A stretch of 64,000 nt of DNA, taken from assembly GCA_036405175.1 (NCBI GenBank), contig DASWYC010000002.1, positions 603,373 through 667,372 on the forward strand, given 5' to 3'. Position 1 is the stretch's first letter. Every line of letters begins with the position of its first letter. This document shows, piece by piece, positions 37,582 to 47,030 of this stretch. Both the position numbers and the translations under genes were made by a program. This DNA comes from Minisyncoccota bacterium (lineage in GTDB: Bacteria > Patescibacteriota > Minisyncoccia > Phycocordibacterales > UBA1006). The notes under the pieces were generated by a model. That model ran no database searches. It was not told the DNA's origin and saw nothing but the letters and a program-made list of their open reading frames with translations.

Positions 37582-37671
37582 ATGTTTAAGTTTTTAGGAT
37601 CATATATTATTGCAAAGTTGCTCGGAGGTGGAATCATCTTGGCCTTGATTATCTATTGGATTTTCTTTTAG
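37582..37671 (+). CDS. Candidate 29-aa hydrophobic micro-protein
   Basis: Translation MFKFLGSYIIAKLLGGGIILALIIYWIFF. A bidirectional terminator follows directly. No clear SD. Confidence 0.3.
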   Translation: MFKFLGSYIIAKLLGGGIILALIIYWIFF

Positions 37672-37682
37672 CGATATATTAA

Positions 37683-37722
37683 AAATAACTTTTTCACGCA
37701 TGAAAAAGTTATTTTTAATTAC
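37683..37722. terminator. Bidirectional terminator
   Basis: aaaataactttttc-acgcatg-aaaaagttatttt between the micro-ORF and the minus-strand gene ending at 37724. Confidence 0.7.
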
Positions 37723-37723
37723 A

Positions 37724-38899
37724 CTATTTTATATTTTTGTCTGCTTCAATATCGTTAATCGTATACATTCTATTGATTGAAAAATGTTTTACGAGCTTGT
37801 CGGCAATATATCCAATAACTCCCAGAATAAGAACATATACTACGCTTTTCCAGCTGAATTCCGGTGGCTGGGAAGTAAAAAGACCAATAATTGTTGCTCC
37901 AACACCCATAGATGTTACAATCGTAAGGTTTCCAACCGATGTTTCCGTACTTTTTGCTTGAATATCAGAGAAAAGCGTAAGGGCTGAAGCCACATAATTT
38001 TTAGTCATTGTCCAAACATGCTTTACATAATCAAGCGTGTCAGAAAGTGTTTCATATTTAAATTGGAGCACATCAACTAATTTTTCGAGCTCTTTATCTT
38101 TCTTCACAATATCTTCGCGAGTAATAATATAGGTGCCCATTTGATTAATACGTGCTTCAATGAGATTGATAGTTTTACTATAGCCTTCAATTTTATCTTT
38201 AAGTTCTCCAATCTGATTTCCTTTAATGACACCTTTTTCTTTTACGTCTGCAATCTTTTCCCAAATAATGCGGTGAAGATTGAGGTAGTGATGAAGCTGG
38301 TTTTTGAATTCACGAATAAAAACTTGCTCTTCAATAAATCGTTGAAGAACAGAATTTGATTCTCCTTGATTGTTGATAATATAAATTTGTTTTCCACGAT
38401 AGATTTCAAATTTAGAACGCTTTACCTCGATGTGGCGCTCTTCTTTGAATGAAGACAACATTGAAGCTATTGTTTTGGAAGTTGCATTTTGAAGGAGGAT
38501 AAAATAAGGATAAATGATTTGAATATTGGCGAGTTCTTTTGGCACAGGAGCGCCAAGGCTAAAAATGTAACCAAGAGCAGGGGAGAGCTTTTTCTCGTAA
38601 TAATAGGTAACTTCTTTAATAAGATCTGCAATATCACCCTTTGCTTTGATATTAATAATGATTAATCCATCTTCAAAAATATTTGTTTCAATGCTACCTT
38701 CACTTAAAAATACAACCTTATCCAAATCTCCGGATACCCATTCTATGGTTTTGATGTCGAGTGACTTTTGAAACTTTTTTAGCTTACTTGATTCAAGAGG
38801 AAGAGAGGAACTTCCATCTTTGCAAAGATCGTAAATTTCAGAGAGGTGTAATGTTGTGCGTTGAAACCATCCACCAATTGATACTTGCTCAATTTTCAT
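37724..38899 (-). CDS. Hypothetical protein with a C-terminal 2-TM anchor (391 aa)
   Basis: Long K/E/I-rich soluble region followed by two hydrophobic helices. Confidence 0.55.
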   Translation of the reverse strand: MKIEQVSIGGWFQRTTLHLSEIYDLCKDGSSSLPLESSKLKKFQKSLDIKTIEWVSGDLDKVVFLSEGSIETNIFEDGLIIINIKAKGDIADLIKEVTYYYEKKLSPALGYIFSLGAPVPKELANIQIIYPYFILLQNATSKTIASMLSSFKEERHIEVKRSKFEIYRGKQIYIINNQGESNSVLQRFIEEQVFIREFKNQLHHYLNLHRIIWEKIADVKEKGVIKGNQIGELKDKIEGYSKTINLIEARINQMGTYIITREDIVKKDKELEKLVDVLQFKYETLSDTLDYVKHVWTMTKNYVASALTLFSDIQAKSTETSVGNLTIVTSMGVGATIIGLFTSQPPEFSWKSVVYVLILGVIGYIADKLVKHFSINRMYTINDIEADKNIK

Positions 38900-38968
38900 A
38901 TTTTTATTATAGCAAGACGTTACGAGCCAAAATTAAAAAACTATGAATACAATTTTATTTTCACTCGG

Positions 38969-39040
38969 TGCTTCCACTAGGAATCGAACCTAGATCAAGG
39001 GCTTAGAAGTCCCCTGTTCTATCCATTGAACTATAGAAGC
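38969..39040 (-). tRNA. tRNA-Arg (anticodon TCT)
   Basis: Reverse complement: acceptor gcttcta/tggaagc, D-arm gttc-aatggata-gaac, anticodon loop cttctaa, T-arm ctagg-ttcgatt-cctag. One non-canonical pair closes the anticodon stem. Confidence 0.7.
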
Positions 39041-39125
39041 GATAGTGCAATAATACAACAGATTTGGGATTTTTCAATGAAATAATACAAAAAAATCTCA
39101 TGCGTGAACATGAGATTTTTTTGCT

Positions 39126-39201
39126 TGGTGGGCGATAGAGGACTCGAACCACTGACCTTCCCGGTGTAAACGGGTTGCTCTACCAACTGAGCTAATCGCC
39201 C
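39126..39201 (-). tRNA. tRNA-Val (anticodon TAC) with encoded CCA
   Basis: Reverse complement gggcgat-ta-gctcagttggtagagc-a-acccg-tttacac-cggga-aggtc-agtgg-ttcgagt-cctct-atcgccc-a-cca. Confidence 0.85.
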
Positions 39202-39315
39202 TAAAAATAAGAAGGCGGTTACTGATGCTGTTATCAATTGAGCTTTAGGGCGCAATTGATATTATCGCTCGACCAATTTCCTTCTTTCCATCCATAATAA
39301 CCCAAGCCAACTTCT

Positions 39316-39343
39316 TTGACAAGAGGTGAAACACCGCTATACT
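39316..39343 (+). promoter_or_regulatory. Promoter TTGACA-N16-TATACT (near-leaderless transcript for the rluA-family gene)
   Basis: ttgaca 39316..39321, tatact 39338..39343, ATG at 39350. Confidence 0.55.
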
Positions 39344-39349
39344 GACTCC

Positions 39350-40123
39350 ATGAATCCTGAGATCCTCTTTGATCATGAACATTTTGTAGTACTCAATAAG
39401 CCAGCAGGAATGCTCGTGCATAGTGATGGACGTAGTACGGAAAAAACCGTGGTAGATTTTTTCTTGCAACAATTTCCTGCATCTAAAGGCGTTGGCGAAG
39501 AGGGAACCGTAGAAGTTTCTGGAGAAACGATTGTTATTGAGCGCAGTGGCGTGGTGCATCGTTTGGACCTTGAAACATCAGGAGTTTTGGTGATGGCAAA
39601 AACTGCACAGGGGTATGAAGTTCTTAAGGACCACTTCCAAAATCACACTATTTCTAAACACTATAAAGCCTTTGTGTACGGTCATCCGAGCAAAGATCGT
39701 GGTTTGATTGATCGCCCTATCGGACGTAGCGCAAGTAACTTTAAAAACTGGTCAGCAACTCGTGGTGCACGTGGACAATTGCGTGAGGCACAAACCAGAT
39801 ATAACGTTCTTAAAAAAGGGTTTGCAAGAAGTTCTTGGGGAACCGAGAAGGTCGCATACCTTACATTACAGCTTCTAACCGGACGAACCCATCAGATCCG
39901 TGTACATATGAAAGCATTAAATCATCCAGTTGTGGGGGATGACCAGTACGCTGGAGCCTTGGCGCACCAAGAAGAAGGGGTTTTTGCGCTGGAATTTAAG
40001 CGTGTTGCACTCCATGCTCATACACTTTCTTTTGAATTTGAAGGGAAAACCTACGATTTTGAAGCACCACTTCCTGCTGATTTTGAACACGCACTTGCCA
40101 ACCTCAAAGCAGAGGCAGAATAG
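39350..40123 (+). CDS. RluA-family pseudouridine synthase
   Basis: [16 protein letters not shown] catalytic Asp motif. Start moved to ATG 39350 (MNPEILFD...) because the track ORF begins inside the promoter. Confidence 0.8.
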   Translation: MNPEILFDHEHFVVLNKPAGMLVHSDGRSTEKTVVDFFLQQFPASKGVGEEGTVEVSGETIVIERSGVVHRLDLETSGVLVMAKTAQGYEVLKDHFQNHTISKHYKAFVYGHPSKDRGLIDRPIGRSASNFKNWSATRGARGQLREAQTRYNVLKKGFARSSWGTEKVAYLTLQLLTGRTHQIRVHMKALNHPVVGDDQYAGALAHQEEGVFALEFKRVALHAHTLSFEFEGKTYDFEAPLPADFEHALANLKAEAE

Positions 40124-40175
40124 TCTTCATCTTCTTGCAAAACAAAGGAGTCTGTGGTATAGTCAGGGAACTTTT

Positions 40176-40748
40176 ATGAAGGCAAATACACTCGAAAATC
40201 AACTCGCACACATTGCGCCGGCGTTGCGCGCTCGTCAAAATCTTGATTTGCGATCAGGAGACACTGTTCGTGTGCATGTAAAAATTAAGGAAGGAAAGGA
40301 TAAAGCAGGAAAAGATAAATTCCGCATTCAGATCTTTGAAGGTCTTGTGCTTGCCCGCAAGCATGGACGTGAAGCTGGAGCAACCTTTACGGTTCGCAAA
40401 GTTTCTAACGGATTTGGTGTTGAGCGTGTATTTCCTCTCTATTCTCCTAACCTTGAACTTATTGAAGTAGTACGCCGTTCAAACGCAGGGCGCTCAAAGC
40501 TTTACTACATCCGTACTCGTGTATCACGTGATATTCGTCGCAAGATCCGCAGTTTGGCACAGTTCTTTTCATCATCAAAAGATTTGCAGATTGAAGAAGA
40601 GCCGGTAGTTGCTATGGCTGATGAAACCCCAGTTGCATCAACTGAAAAAGATGTAATTCCAGAAGTAGTAGAAACTCCAGCAGCGGAAGTAACCGAAGTT
40701 GCTGAAGCTTCTACAGAAGAAGCTCCTCAAACTGAAGAAAAAGCTTAA
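40176..40748 (+). CDS. rplS: 50S ribosomal protein L19 with an acidic C-terminal extension
   Basis: [15 protein letters not shown]...[13 protein letters not shown]...[15 protein letters not shown]...[11 protein letters not shown] is a canonical L19 core (~115 aa). It is followed by ~70 aa rich in E/A/T/P/V. The track ORF starting at 39930 is an upstream artefact. Confidence 0.85.
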   Translation: MKANTLENQLAHIAPALRARQNLDLRSGDTVRVHVKIKEGKDKAGKDKFRIQIFEGLVLARKHGREAGATFTVRKVSNGFGVERVFPLYSPNLELIEVVRRSNAGRSKLYYIRTRVSRDIRRKIRSLAQFFSSSKDLQIEEEPVVAMADETPVASTEKDVIPEVVETPAAEVTEVAEASTEEAPQTEEKA

Positions 40749-40760
40749 TATATTCTTTAA

Positions 40761-40797
40761 GAAAAGATCGAATCAAGTTCGATCTTTTCTTTTGCAT
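40761..40797 (+). terminator. Rho-independent terminator
   Basis: aaaagatcgaa-tcaag-ttcgatctttt followed by cttttg. Confidence 0.8.
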
Positions 40798-40874
40798 TTT
40801 TTAAGAATTTTTGTATACTAGCTGGACGAGGAGTTCCGCAAGGTAGCCTCGTGATCGCATGTTTACATGCGGTT

Positions 40875-40958
40875 GCCCAGGTGGCGAAACTGGTAGACGC
40901 ACTACCTTGAGGTGGTAGCGCTCGCAAGGGCATGGAGGTTCAAGTCCTCTCTTGGGCA
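40875..40958 (+). tRNA. tRNA-Leu (anticodon GAG), type II
   Basis: gcccagg-tg-gcgaaactggtagacgc-a-ctacc-ttgaggt-ggtag-(long variable arm)-ggagg-ttcaagt-cctct-cttgggc-a. The 5' half is nearly identical to canonical bacterial tRNA-Leu. Confidence 0.8.
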
Positions 40959-40963
40959 CAAAT

Positions 40964-40987
40964 AAAAACCGCGAAAGCGGTTTTTAT
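40964..40987 (+). terminator. Rho-independent terminator after tRNA-Leu
   Basis: aaaaaccgc-gaaa-gcggttttt. Confidence 0.8.
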
Positions 40988-41062
40988 TATTGATAAATAA
41001 GATAAAGGTGATAGTATTAGGTAAAATATTTATCATCATCAAAAACAAAAATAGATTTAATT

Positions 41063-41791
41063 ATGAAATACAAGTTAATAGGAGGTGGCATGGTTCATTC
41101 ATGTCATATAGCAAGACCCTCATCGGATTTCAATGAAAAAGTTAAATATCTTGAAATTAATCAGCAGGGAGTAATTGGGAGTAAGTATATAGGCGATGAA
41201 AGATCCATAGGAATCAGAGAGATGGCATCATTAGGTGCTATGGGTTTATCGAAAAATATGCGTATTAAAAATATGCGGAAGGTAACAGCTATGTTTATGT
41301 CCGATTGGGTAGATATAGCCAAACAGGCGGGAATAGTCAGTAATGGAAATAGAGTTTCTTTTTGTTTGGAAAAAGAAAAAGAAAATCCAGGTTTTGAGAC
41401 CTGTATTCCGATTGACTTTATGGCAGGAGCCTCAGGTGAAAACCTTGTTCTGATGCTGCACGAGAATTACACCTATATGGTTACCAGGGAAAGCTTACTA
41501 ACATCTTTTTCTAATGTTCCGATAGGTACTATTGTTGTTTTTAAAAAAGAGGGAGAAAAAGTTCCAACAGCGAGTTTGGTTGTTACCGCACCCAATACTC
41601 CGTGTCATATACCAAATACTGAAATATATGAAAGGTTTAAGAGAAATACTACTTTAGAAGTTGATAAAAGTAACTTTGATTTCAATAGGTTAGCCCAGGG
41701 TAAAAGGGGTTTGCTTTTTGAGCCTTTTACTTCTGGAACTATTAAGCCTGGACAATCGTTTGAGATATGGATACCAGATACACTGCCTTAA
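41063..41791 (+). CDS. Hypothetical protein (242 aa)
   Basis: ORF with no recognisable motifs. Confidence 0.45.
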   Translation: MKYKLIGGGMVHSCHIARPSSDFNEKVKYLEINQQGVIGSKYIGDERSIGIREMASLGAMGLSKNMRIKNMRKVTAMFMSDWVDIAKQAGIVSNGNRVSFCLEKEKENPGFETCIPIDFMAGASGENLVLMLHENYTYMVTRESLLTSFSNVPIGTIVVFKKEGEKVPTASLVVTAPNTPCHIPNTEIYERFKRNTTLEVDKSNFDFNRLAQGKRGLLFEPFTSGTIKPGQSFEIWIPDTLP

Positions 41792-41815
41792 AAAATAAGG
41801 TGGTGTATTTTTGTT

Positions 41816-42376
41816 TCAAATAATTATAATTTTCGCTCCATGGATATAATGAATCTCTGTATTCACGTGGTGAGTAACTAATGAATCTGAAGTAGGGTAA
41901 GTGTGTCCGTGAAAAAAGTGGCGAGGTCGTTTTTCTTCAAGGTACGTTCGCAGGGCATGGAATCCAATATGTGCAGGATCTTGTTGATCATTAATACCAA
42001 AAGGGGGACAGTGGGCAATAAAAACATCAACTTTTGGAAAGTCTTTCAATAATTGAGACGCTTCCTCTTGTGTATACATAGCTGCATGATTTGAATCTTT
42101 GTATTTCACACATCCTTCAAAGCCTCCGAACGTTAAGCCTTTATAGCTCCAGGTGTGCATATGGAGATTTATAATGCCAAGGGGTTCAAAGTAGGTGCGA
42201 GAGCAGTGATTTCCGTACACACCGATTTTGGGAATACTCGTGACTTCTTCTAAAAAAGAAATATCCGGCTGCTCAAGATCTCCAAGAGTTATCACAAGAT
42301 CAATATCTTGATGAGATGAGAATATTGTTTGCAAAGGCTGTTGAGGGGCAGTATCTGCAAGGGCGAGGACTTTCAT
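41816..42376 (-). CDS. Calcineurin-like metallophosphoesterase
   Basis: Phosphoesterase motifs LALADT (D-x-H-like), ITLGDL (GD), GNHC (GNH[DE]), and FHGHTY near the C-terminal end of the protein. Confidence 0.65.
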   Translation of the reverse strand: MKVLALADTAPQQPLQTIFSSHQDIDLVITLGDLEQPDISFLEEVTSIPKIGVYGNHCSRTYFEPLGIINLHMHTWSYKGLTFGGFEGCVKYKDSNHAAMYTQEEASQLLKDFPKVDVFIAHCPPFGINDQQDPAHIGFHALRTYLEEKRPRHFFHGHTYPTSDSLVTHHVNTEIHYIHGAKIIII

Positions 42377-42439
42377 GTTAAAAGTTTAGCATGGTATGCG
42401 AATTTCTAAGAAGAAATATTCTCGTGTATACTATCTGCA

Positions 42440-43651
42440 ATGGAAGGTGGAATAGATCATAATAAAAACCTTGAAGCAAAGATAGAAAAAGGGCTTAGTG
42501 ATTACGAGAAACAAATAAGTACTTACGGCAAGACAAAGGAGCAAGCCTATGAGTGGGTTACAAGTGGGTGGTTTCAAGATTGGAAAGATGCTTTTGACAA
42601 AGCGCTTAGTGAGAAAGAAAGTGTTGCACAAGAAGAAATCATAGAAGAGCAGGAACCAGAAAAAGCTCGAGAGTCAATCGTAGAAATACCTGCTGAGTTA
42701 ACCGATGAGCAAGTATTGGAAGGCATTAGAATAAATGAACAAAGAGAACAAGAAAGACTTAGGCGTAATAATAAGACAGAAGATGGAATTTCTCCCAACA
42801 TCGAAGTTCCTAAAAAAGAGGTGGTGGGAGCTTATGAAAAAGCTGCACGGGAGCGTGATGAAAAAGCAAAAGCAGAGGAGGCGCAACGAGAGCAGAAGCG
42901 TGCTGAAGATAAGCGAATTCAGGATTTAAGAAATCAATTAACTGGCTCTCAGCAAGAAGAAGAGATTCTTGATGAAGATCAGAAAACAATAAGAAATATT
43001 AAAGGTATTATGGCTCAGCTTGTAAAAGCGGCAGCAAATATTGGAGAGAATGCTAATGAGAAAACTCAAGAGTTAGCTGCAAGGATTCTTGAAAATCCAT
43101 TAGGTAAAGAAAAGATCTTAGAGGGGTATGGTTCAACATTTCGTGGATCTGTAGAAAAATTGCTTGCTGCGGTTGAACAACAAGAGAATGCTCTTAAGGT
43201 TATTCAAGGGTTTGAGCAAATTGATCAACTCTTTAAGATGCTTAATGAAGACTATTATTTTCTTACCCATATCACGCCACCTCAAGATGCGCAGGATATC
43301 TATAACAGTAACTTCTCATATTCTCTTGGAGGAGGATTATCAGGTACTATGACAGCCCTCAGTAAAGATGGGGTGATGCAGCAAATTGGCAAAATCATAG
43401 CAGGCGAGTCGCCTCATCGTGGATACGAAGGGATGTTTATAGTTGCAATTCCTAAGAATATTCTTCCTTCTGATCGGAGATTTGATGCAGAGGCATTCTC
43501 GGACTATCTTACCGATCACGCATTTAATGAAAATGGTACTGTGAACGAGAAGTATATGGACGGCTCAAATATTAAAATCCCATCAGAATTTAATCTTGGA
43601 TATCTTAATAAGGATATATTTACCTACAATCCAACATTTATTAAAAAATAG
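42440..43651 (+). CDS. Hypothetical coiled-coil protein (403 aa)
   Basis: Central ~200 aa are highly E/K/R/Q-rich and predicted helical. The globular C-terminal domain is unknown. Confidence 0.5.
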   Translation: MEGGIDHNKNLEAKIEKGLSDYEKQISTYGKTKEQAYEWVTSGWFQDWKDAFDKALSEKESVAQEEIIEEQEPEKARESIVEIPAELTDEQVLEGIRINEQREQERLRRNNKTEDGISPNIEVPKKEVVGAYEKAARERDEKAKAEEAQREQKRAEDKRIQDLRNQLTGSQQEEEILDEDQKTIRNIKGIMAQLVKAAANIGENANEKTQELAARILENPLGKEKILEGYGSTFRGSVEKLLAAVEQQENALKVIQGFEQIDQLFKMLNEDYYFLTHITPPQDAQDIYNSNFSYSLGGGLSGTMTALSKDGVMQQIGKIIAGESPHRGYEGMFIVAIPKNILPSDRRFDAEAFSDYLTDHAFNENGTVNEKYMDGSNIKIPSEFNLGYLNKDIFTYNPTFIKK

Positions 43652-43717
43652 GGTTGGTGATTTAAAAATCGCGCTAGTTTGATATACTCAATCCATACTG
43701 TTAATTCAGAGTAATAT

Positions 43718-44107
43718 ATGAAAGGATTTTTTGGAAACATCGAAGAACTTACCAAAGAGAATGAGAATTTTAGAAAGGTGCTCTATACAGCGCAGGGAAT
43801 GCAATTGGTACTAATGTCACTCAAGCCAGGTGAAGAAATCGGAGGAGAGACTCACGACATTGATCAATTCATTCGTATTGAACGAGGAGAGGGTGTTGTA
43901 ATCATGGGTGAGGATCAGAGATCAATTGAAAATGAATTTGCTGTTATTATCCCACGCGGCATGTTTCATAACGTGATCAACAAAGGTGACACAGCTATGA
44001 AGCTCTATTCAATCTACGCAACACCGGAACATAAAGATGGAACCATCCATGCAACAAAAGCTGATGCAGAAGTTGAAGAGCACTTTGATGGAAAGACCAC
44101 TGAATAA
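43718..44107 (+). CDS. Cupin-domain protein
   Basis: Two-motif cupin pattern G(E)ETHDIDQFIRIERGEG...PRGMFHNVINKG. Confidence 0.65.
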   Translation: MKGFFGNIEELTKENENFRKVLYTAQGMQLVLMSLKPGEEIGGETHDIDQFIRIERGEGVVIMGEDQRSIENEFAVIIPRGMFHNVINKGDTAMKLYSIYATPEHKDGTIHATKADAEVEEHFDGKTTE

Positions 44108-44112
44108 TCTTA

Positions 44113-44138
44113 AAAAGAAACCCTAGGGTTTCTTTTTA
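44113..44138 (+). terminator. Rho-independent terminator
   Basis: aaagaaaccc-tag-ggtttcttt followed by ttaatt. Confidence 0.8.
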
Positions 44139-44229
44139 ATTTAGATGAAATTTATACACATTTTGTTAACAAGAACTTATGGACAAATTTGCATTTTTTC
44201 AAGATTATTAGTGTATAATAAACAGTAAT

Positions 44230-46818
44230 ATGGTGAGCCAAGATGTTATTGATTTCATAAAAGGACAGCGCGAAGAGGGAACTTCTGATGAAGAAATTTT
44301 CAGAGCGCTTAATGTGATTGGTGGATGGGATAAAGAGGATTTTGACGATGCGGTGCGAGAGATTGAAGCACTTGAACGTGGTGCTGCAACACCTGCGCCA
44401 ACGCCAATGCCAAGCGTAACTGAAACCACAACCGTGCAAACTACGCAAACTATGCCAGTGGCTGCAGCTCCATTTGAGATGCCTGCTGCACCTATGGGGG
44501 TGGTTACTCCCGCGGCGCCCGTACTCACCACAATGACTCATGAGGTAACAACCACTCAAACAACTCCAGCAGCTCCAATTGCATCTACCTGGACTCCTCC
44601 TGCTATGCCAGAAGTTGCTATACCAACTCCGGTTGCTGCTCCCATTGCACCAGTGAGTGAATCACCATTTACTGCAAATGCCGCTGCACCAATTTCAGTA
44701 CCAGCTGTTGATGCTAAGCCAGCAACGCCGTTTGCTGCAAATCTTGATACCAGTCATCCAACATTTGGCATCTCATTAGCTAATATGGCTCAGAAGAGTA
44801 AGGGGGTAACCATGGCACCAGGAAGTGCTGCGCCGGCGGCACCGGCACCAGTCGGTGATCAAACGTTTGCATCAATGTATGGAGCCGCTCCTATGGCTAC
44901 ACCAGCTGGAATGAGTGCGCCACTTGGTGCTCCTCAATCAGCTCCAGAGATATCTTCACCAAGCCCATTTGCTGCACCAGGATCTCCTGCTGCAACCCCC
45001 GCATTTTCATATGTTCCTAAAACAGAAATGGGAGCACCTATGGCTCAAGCTCCTGCACCAGCAGTGTCAGCCTGGCCAACTCAACCAATTGCTCCACAGG
45101 CTCCAGCTGCAGCAACTCCATCAGCTGGTGGCTATGTAAATCCTAACTACGGTGCTGATCTTGCAAGTATGGCTACTCCAGGATTTGGACGTCACCCATC
45201 AGAAAACAGTGGACCAGCGGCAGCAGCAATACCGGGAACTCAGCCACCAACAACTCCTACAGGGCCAAACTACAAAAAGATCATTACGTTTATTTTCCTA
45301 TTAATTGCAATTGGGGTTGCTGGATATTTCTTTGTTAAATCTCAAGAGGGAATGGCAAGCACATTGATGAGCAAGATTTCATTTCTTAATAACAAAGATC
45401 GTGATTTCTTAAAGAGTGTTTCAAATAGCAAGCTTTTTTCTAAATATCCTGCAATGATTGTGAAGACAAACTTTACCGGAGTACTTACCTTGAAGAGCCC
45501 AACCAAAGAGTCATTTGCAGCACTTATGGGAGTTTCTCCTCAGATGATTGATGATCAGCAAAAGATTTCATACACCGCAACGCGCGATCTTGTGCGATTT
45601 GGATCAACCCACCATGAGCATGCAGAAGGGGAGCTCACTATTGGTTCAGTAGTTATTCCATTTGAAATGGTAAAGATTGATCCCGTACTCTATATTCGTC
45701 GTACCGATGAGCCACTTCCAGGGCAAACCCATGGTATTGGAGCATTTCCATCAAATGTATGGTTTATGATTGATCCTCGTCACTTTGATGATCTTCAATT
45801 TGATTCAGTGAAAATTGCATCATTTACTGGCGATGCCTTGCCGGCACTCTTTAAGAAAATGCTCAAGACGCTTGATAAGCAAGGAGATAATGTGAACATT
45901 GCTAAGAGTGATGCAAATCCAAATCGTGTACAGTTTGTATACGATGGCGCATTGGCAACAACCGTTGATAAATTTACGCTCGGTGATTGGATTCAGGAAA
46001 ACTTTGGATCAGCGGTGTCGCCAAGTCTTACCAAAGGACTTACTGATTTGATGATTAATGAAAAAGTTTCAAATATTGAAATGGGTGTAGATGAGTCAAC
46101 CAACGATCCTCTTACGCTTAGCTACAAAACTTCATGGTCAGGAAGTCAGACATTGGGAATGACCATTGATCTTACGGGAACCGTTTCTCATACGATCTCA
46201 TCACGTCTCCAAAGCACTAACTCTATGATCGATCAGCCAGGAGCGCCAACAAACAATGGTGATGAGCGTATCTATCAGTTGTTGCGTGGTGAGGCAATCG
46301 TAAATCCAGTAATTCCTACTGGTCCTCAAAAACCAGGAGATGCACCAGCTGCTCCAATGGGTGATACCGTGATTGATGTAATTGGTGCACTTACACGTAA
46401 TCGTCAGTCTGATTTGGATAATCAAATCCAGAGCAATCTTTCAAAAGTAACAAGCTTGGCAAATGCGTATAAAAAAGAAAAGAAGACCTATGCGGGAATG
46501 TGTCAGGAAAATCAGGCACTTAAGCTCATCATTAATGACACCAAAAATATGAGCGACTCGCTTACCTGTGATGATGGAGAAACGGGGTATCGTGTAACGG
46601 TTGCGTCGGTAAAAAACACTGATCAACTCTACTGTATTTCTGATAAAACCAAGAAGGTGATTGGGATTACATCACCAGAAGAACCGTACACATTTAATTG
46701 TAAAAGTGTAGAGGTTGCAGCTGATACAGCCGCTGAAATAAAACAGGTAACTACAGAAAAGAAAGTATCGCCAACAGAAACAAAGACTATTCCAGAAACT
46801 ACCGTAAAAGCCTCATAA
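44230..46818 (+). CDS. Large bitopic protein (862 aa): ~50-aa N-terminal domain, ~300-aa Pro/Ala/Thr-rich low-complexity region, one TM helix, ~500-aa C-terminal domain with Cys pairs
   Basis: TM helix IITFIFLLIAIGVAGYFFV near aa 345. The P/A-rich region explains the spurious antisense ORFs at 44152..44559. Confidence 0.6.
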   Translation: MVSQDVIDFIKGQREEGTSDEEIFRALNVIGGWDKEDFDDAVREIEALERGAATPAPTPMPSVTETTTVQTTQTMPVAAAPFEMPAAPMGVVTPAAPVLTTMTHEVTTTQTTPAAPIASTWTPPAMPEVAIPTPVAAPIAPVSESPFTANAAAPISVPAVDAKPATPFAANLDTSHPTFGISLANMAQKSKGVTMAPGSAAPAAPAPVGDQTFASMYGAAPMATPAGMSAPLGAPQSAPEISSPSPFAAPGSPAATPAFSYVPKTEMGAPMAQAPAPAVSAWPTQPIAPQAPAAATPSAGGYVNPNYGADLASMATPGFGRHPSENSGPAAAAIPGTQPPTTPTGPNYKKIITFIFLLIAIGVAGYFFVKSQEGMASTLMSKISFLNNKDRDFLKSVSNSKLFSKYPAMIVKTNFTGVLTLKSPTKESFAALMGVSPQMIDDQQKISYTATRDLVRFGSTHHEHAEGELTIGSVVIPFEMVKIDPVLYIRRTDEPLPGQTHGIGAFPSNVWFMIDPRHFDDLQFDSVKIASFTGDALPALFKKMLKTLDKQGDNVNIAKSDANPNRVQFVYDGALATTVDKFTLGDWIQENFGSAVSPSLTKGLTDLMINEKVSNIEMGVDESTNDPLTLSYKTSWSGSQTLGMTIDLTGTVSHTISSRLQSTNSMIDQPGAPTNNGDERIYQLLRGEAIVNPVIPTGPQKPGDAPAAPMGDTVIDVIGALTRNRQSDLDNQIQSNLSKVTSLANAYKKEKKTYAGMCQENQALKLIINDTKNMSDSLTCDDGETGYRVTVASVKNTDQLYCISDKTKKVIGITSPEEPYTFNCKSVEVAADTAAEIKQVTTEKKVSPTETKTIPETTVKAS

Positions 46819-46881
46819 ACGAGGCTTTTTGCATGCAAATGGGATTGAAAAATCGACAGAATATAGTATAGTACATGGGCT

Positions 46882-46954
46882 GGTGTCTATGGTGTAACGG
46901 TTAGCACAGGGGTTTGTGGTGCCCCTAGCGAGGGTTCGATTCCCTCTAGACACC
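46882..46954 (+). tRNA. tRNA-His (anticodon GTG) with genomically encoded G-1
   Basis: g-gtgtcta-tg-gtgtaacggttagcac-a-ggggt-ttgtggt-gcccc-tagc-gaggg-ttcgatt-ccctc-tagacac-c. The extra 5' G pairs with discriminator C. Confidence 0.85.
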
Positions 46955-46958
46955 CATA

Positions 46959-46990
46959 AGAAAATCCCTCTGAAAAGAGGGATTTTCTGT
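46959..46990 (+). terminator. Rho-independent terminator after tRNA-His
   Basis: aaaatccctc-tgaaaa-gagggatttt followed by ctgttg. Confidence 0.8.
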
Positions 46991-47030
46991 TGCGTTTGAA
47001 GGTGGGCATTCAAGGATTATAATTATTTGT

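Noticed and set aside
39930-40175. Upstream 82-codon extension of the rplS ORF as given in the ORF track
   Set aside because: The L19 homology starts at MKANTLE (40176). The upstream part overlaps the rluA-family gene and has no L19 similarity.
44152-44559. Two antisense ORFs (135 and 107 aa) opposite the 44230 gene
   Set aside because: They are antisense to a Pro/Ala-rich coding repeat, and the sense gene is clearly real (N-terminal domain, TM, large C-terminal domain).
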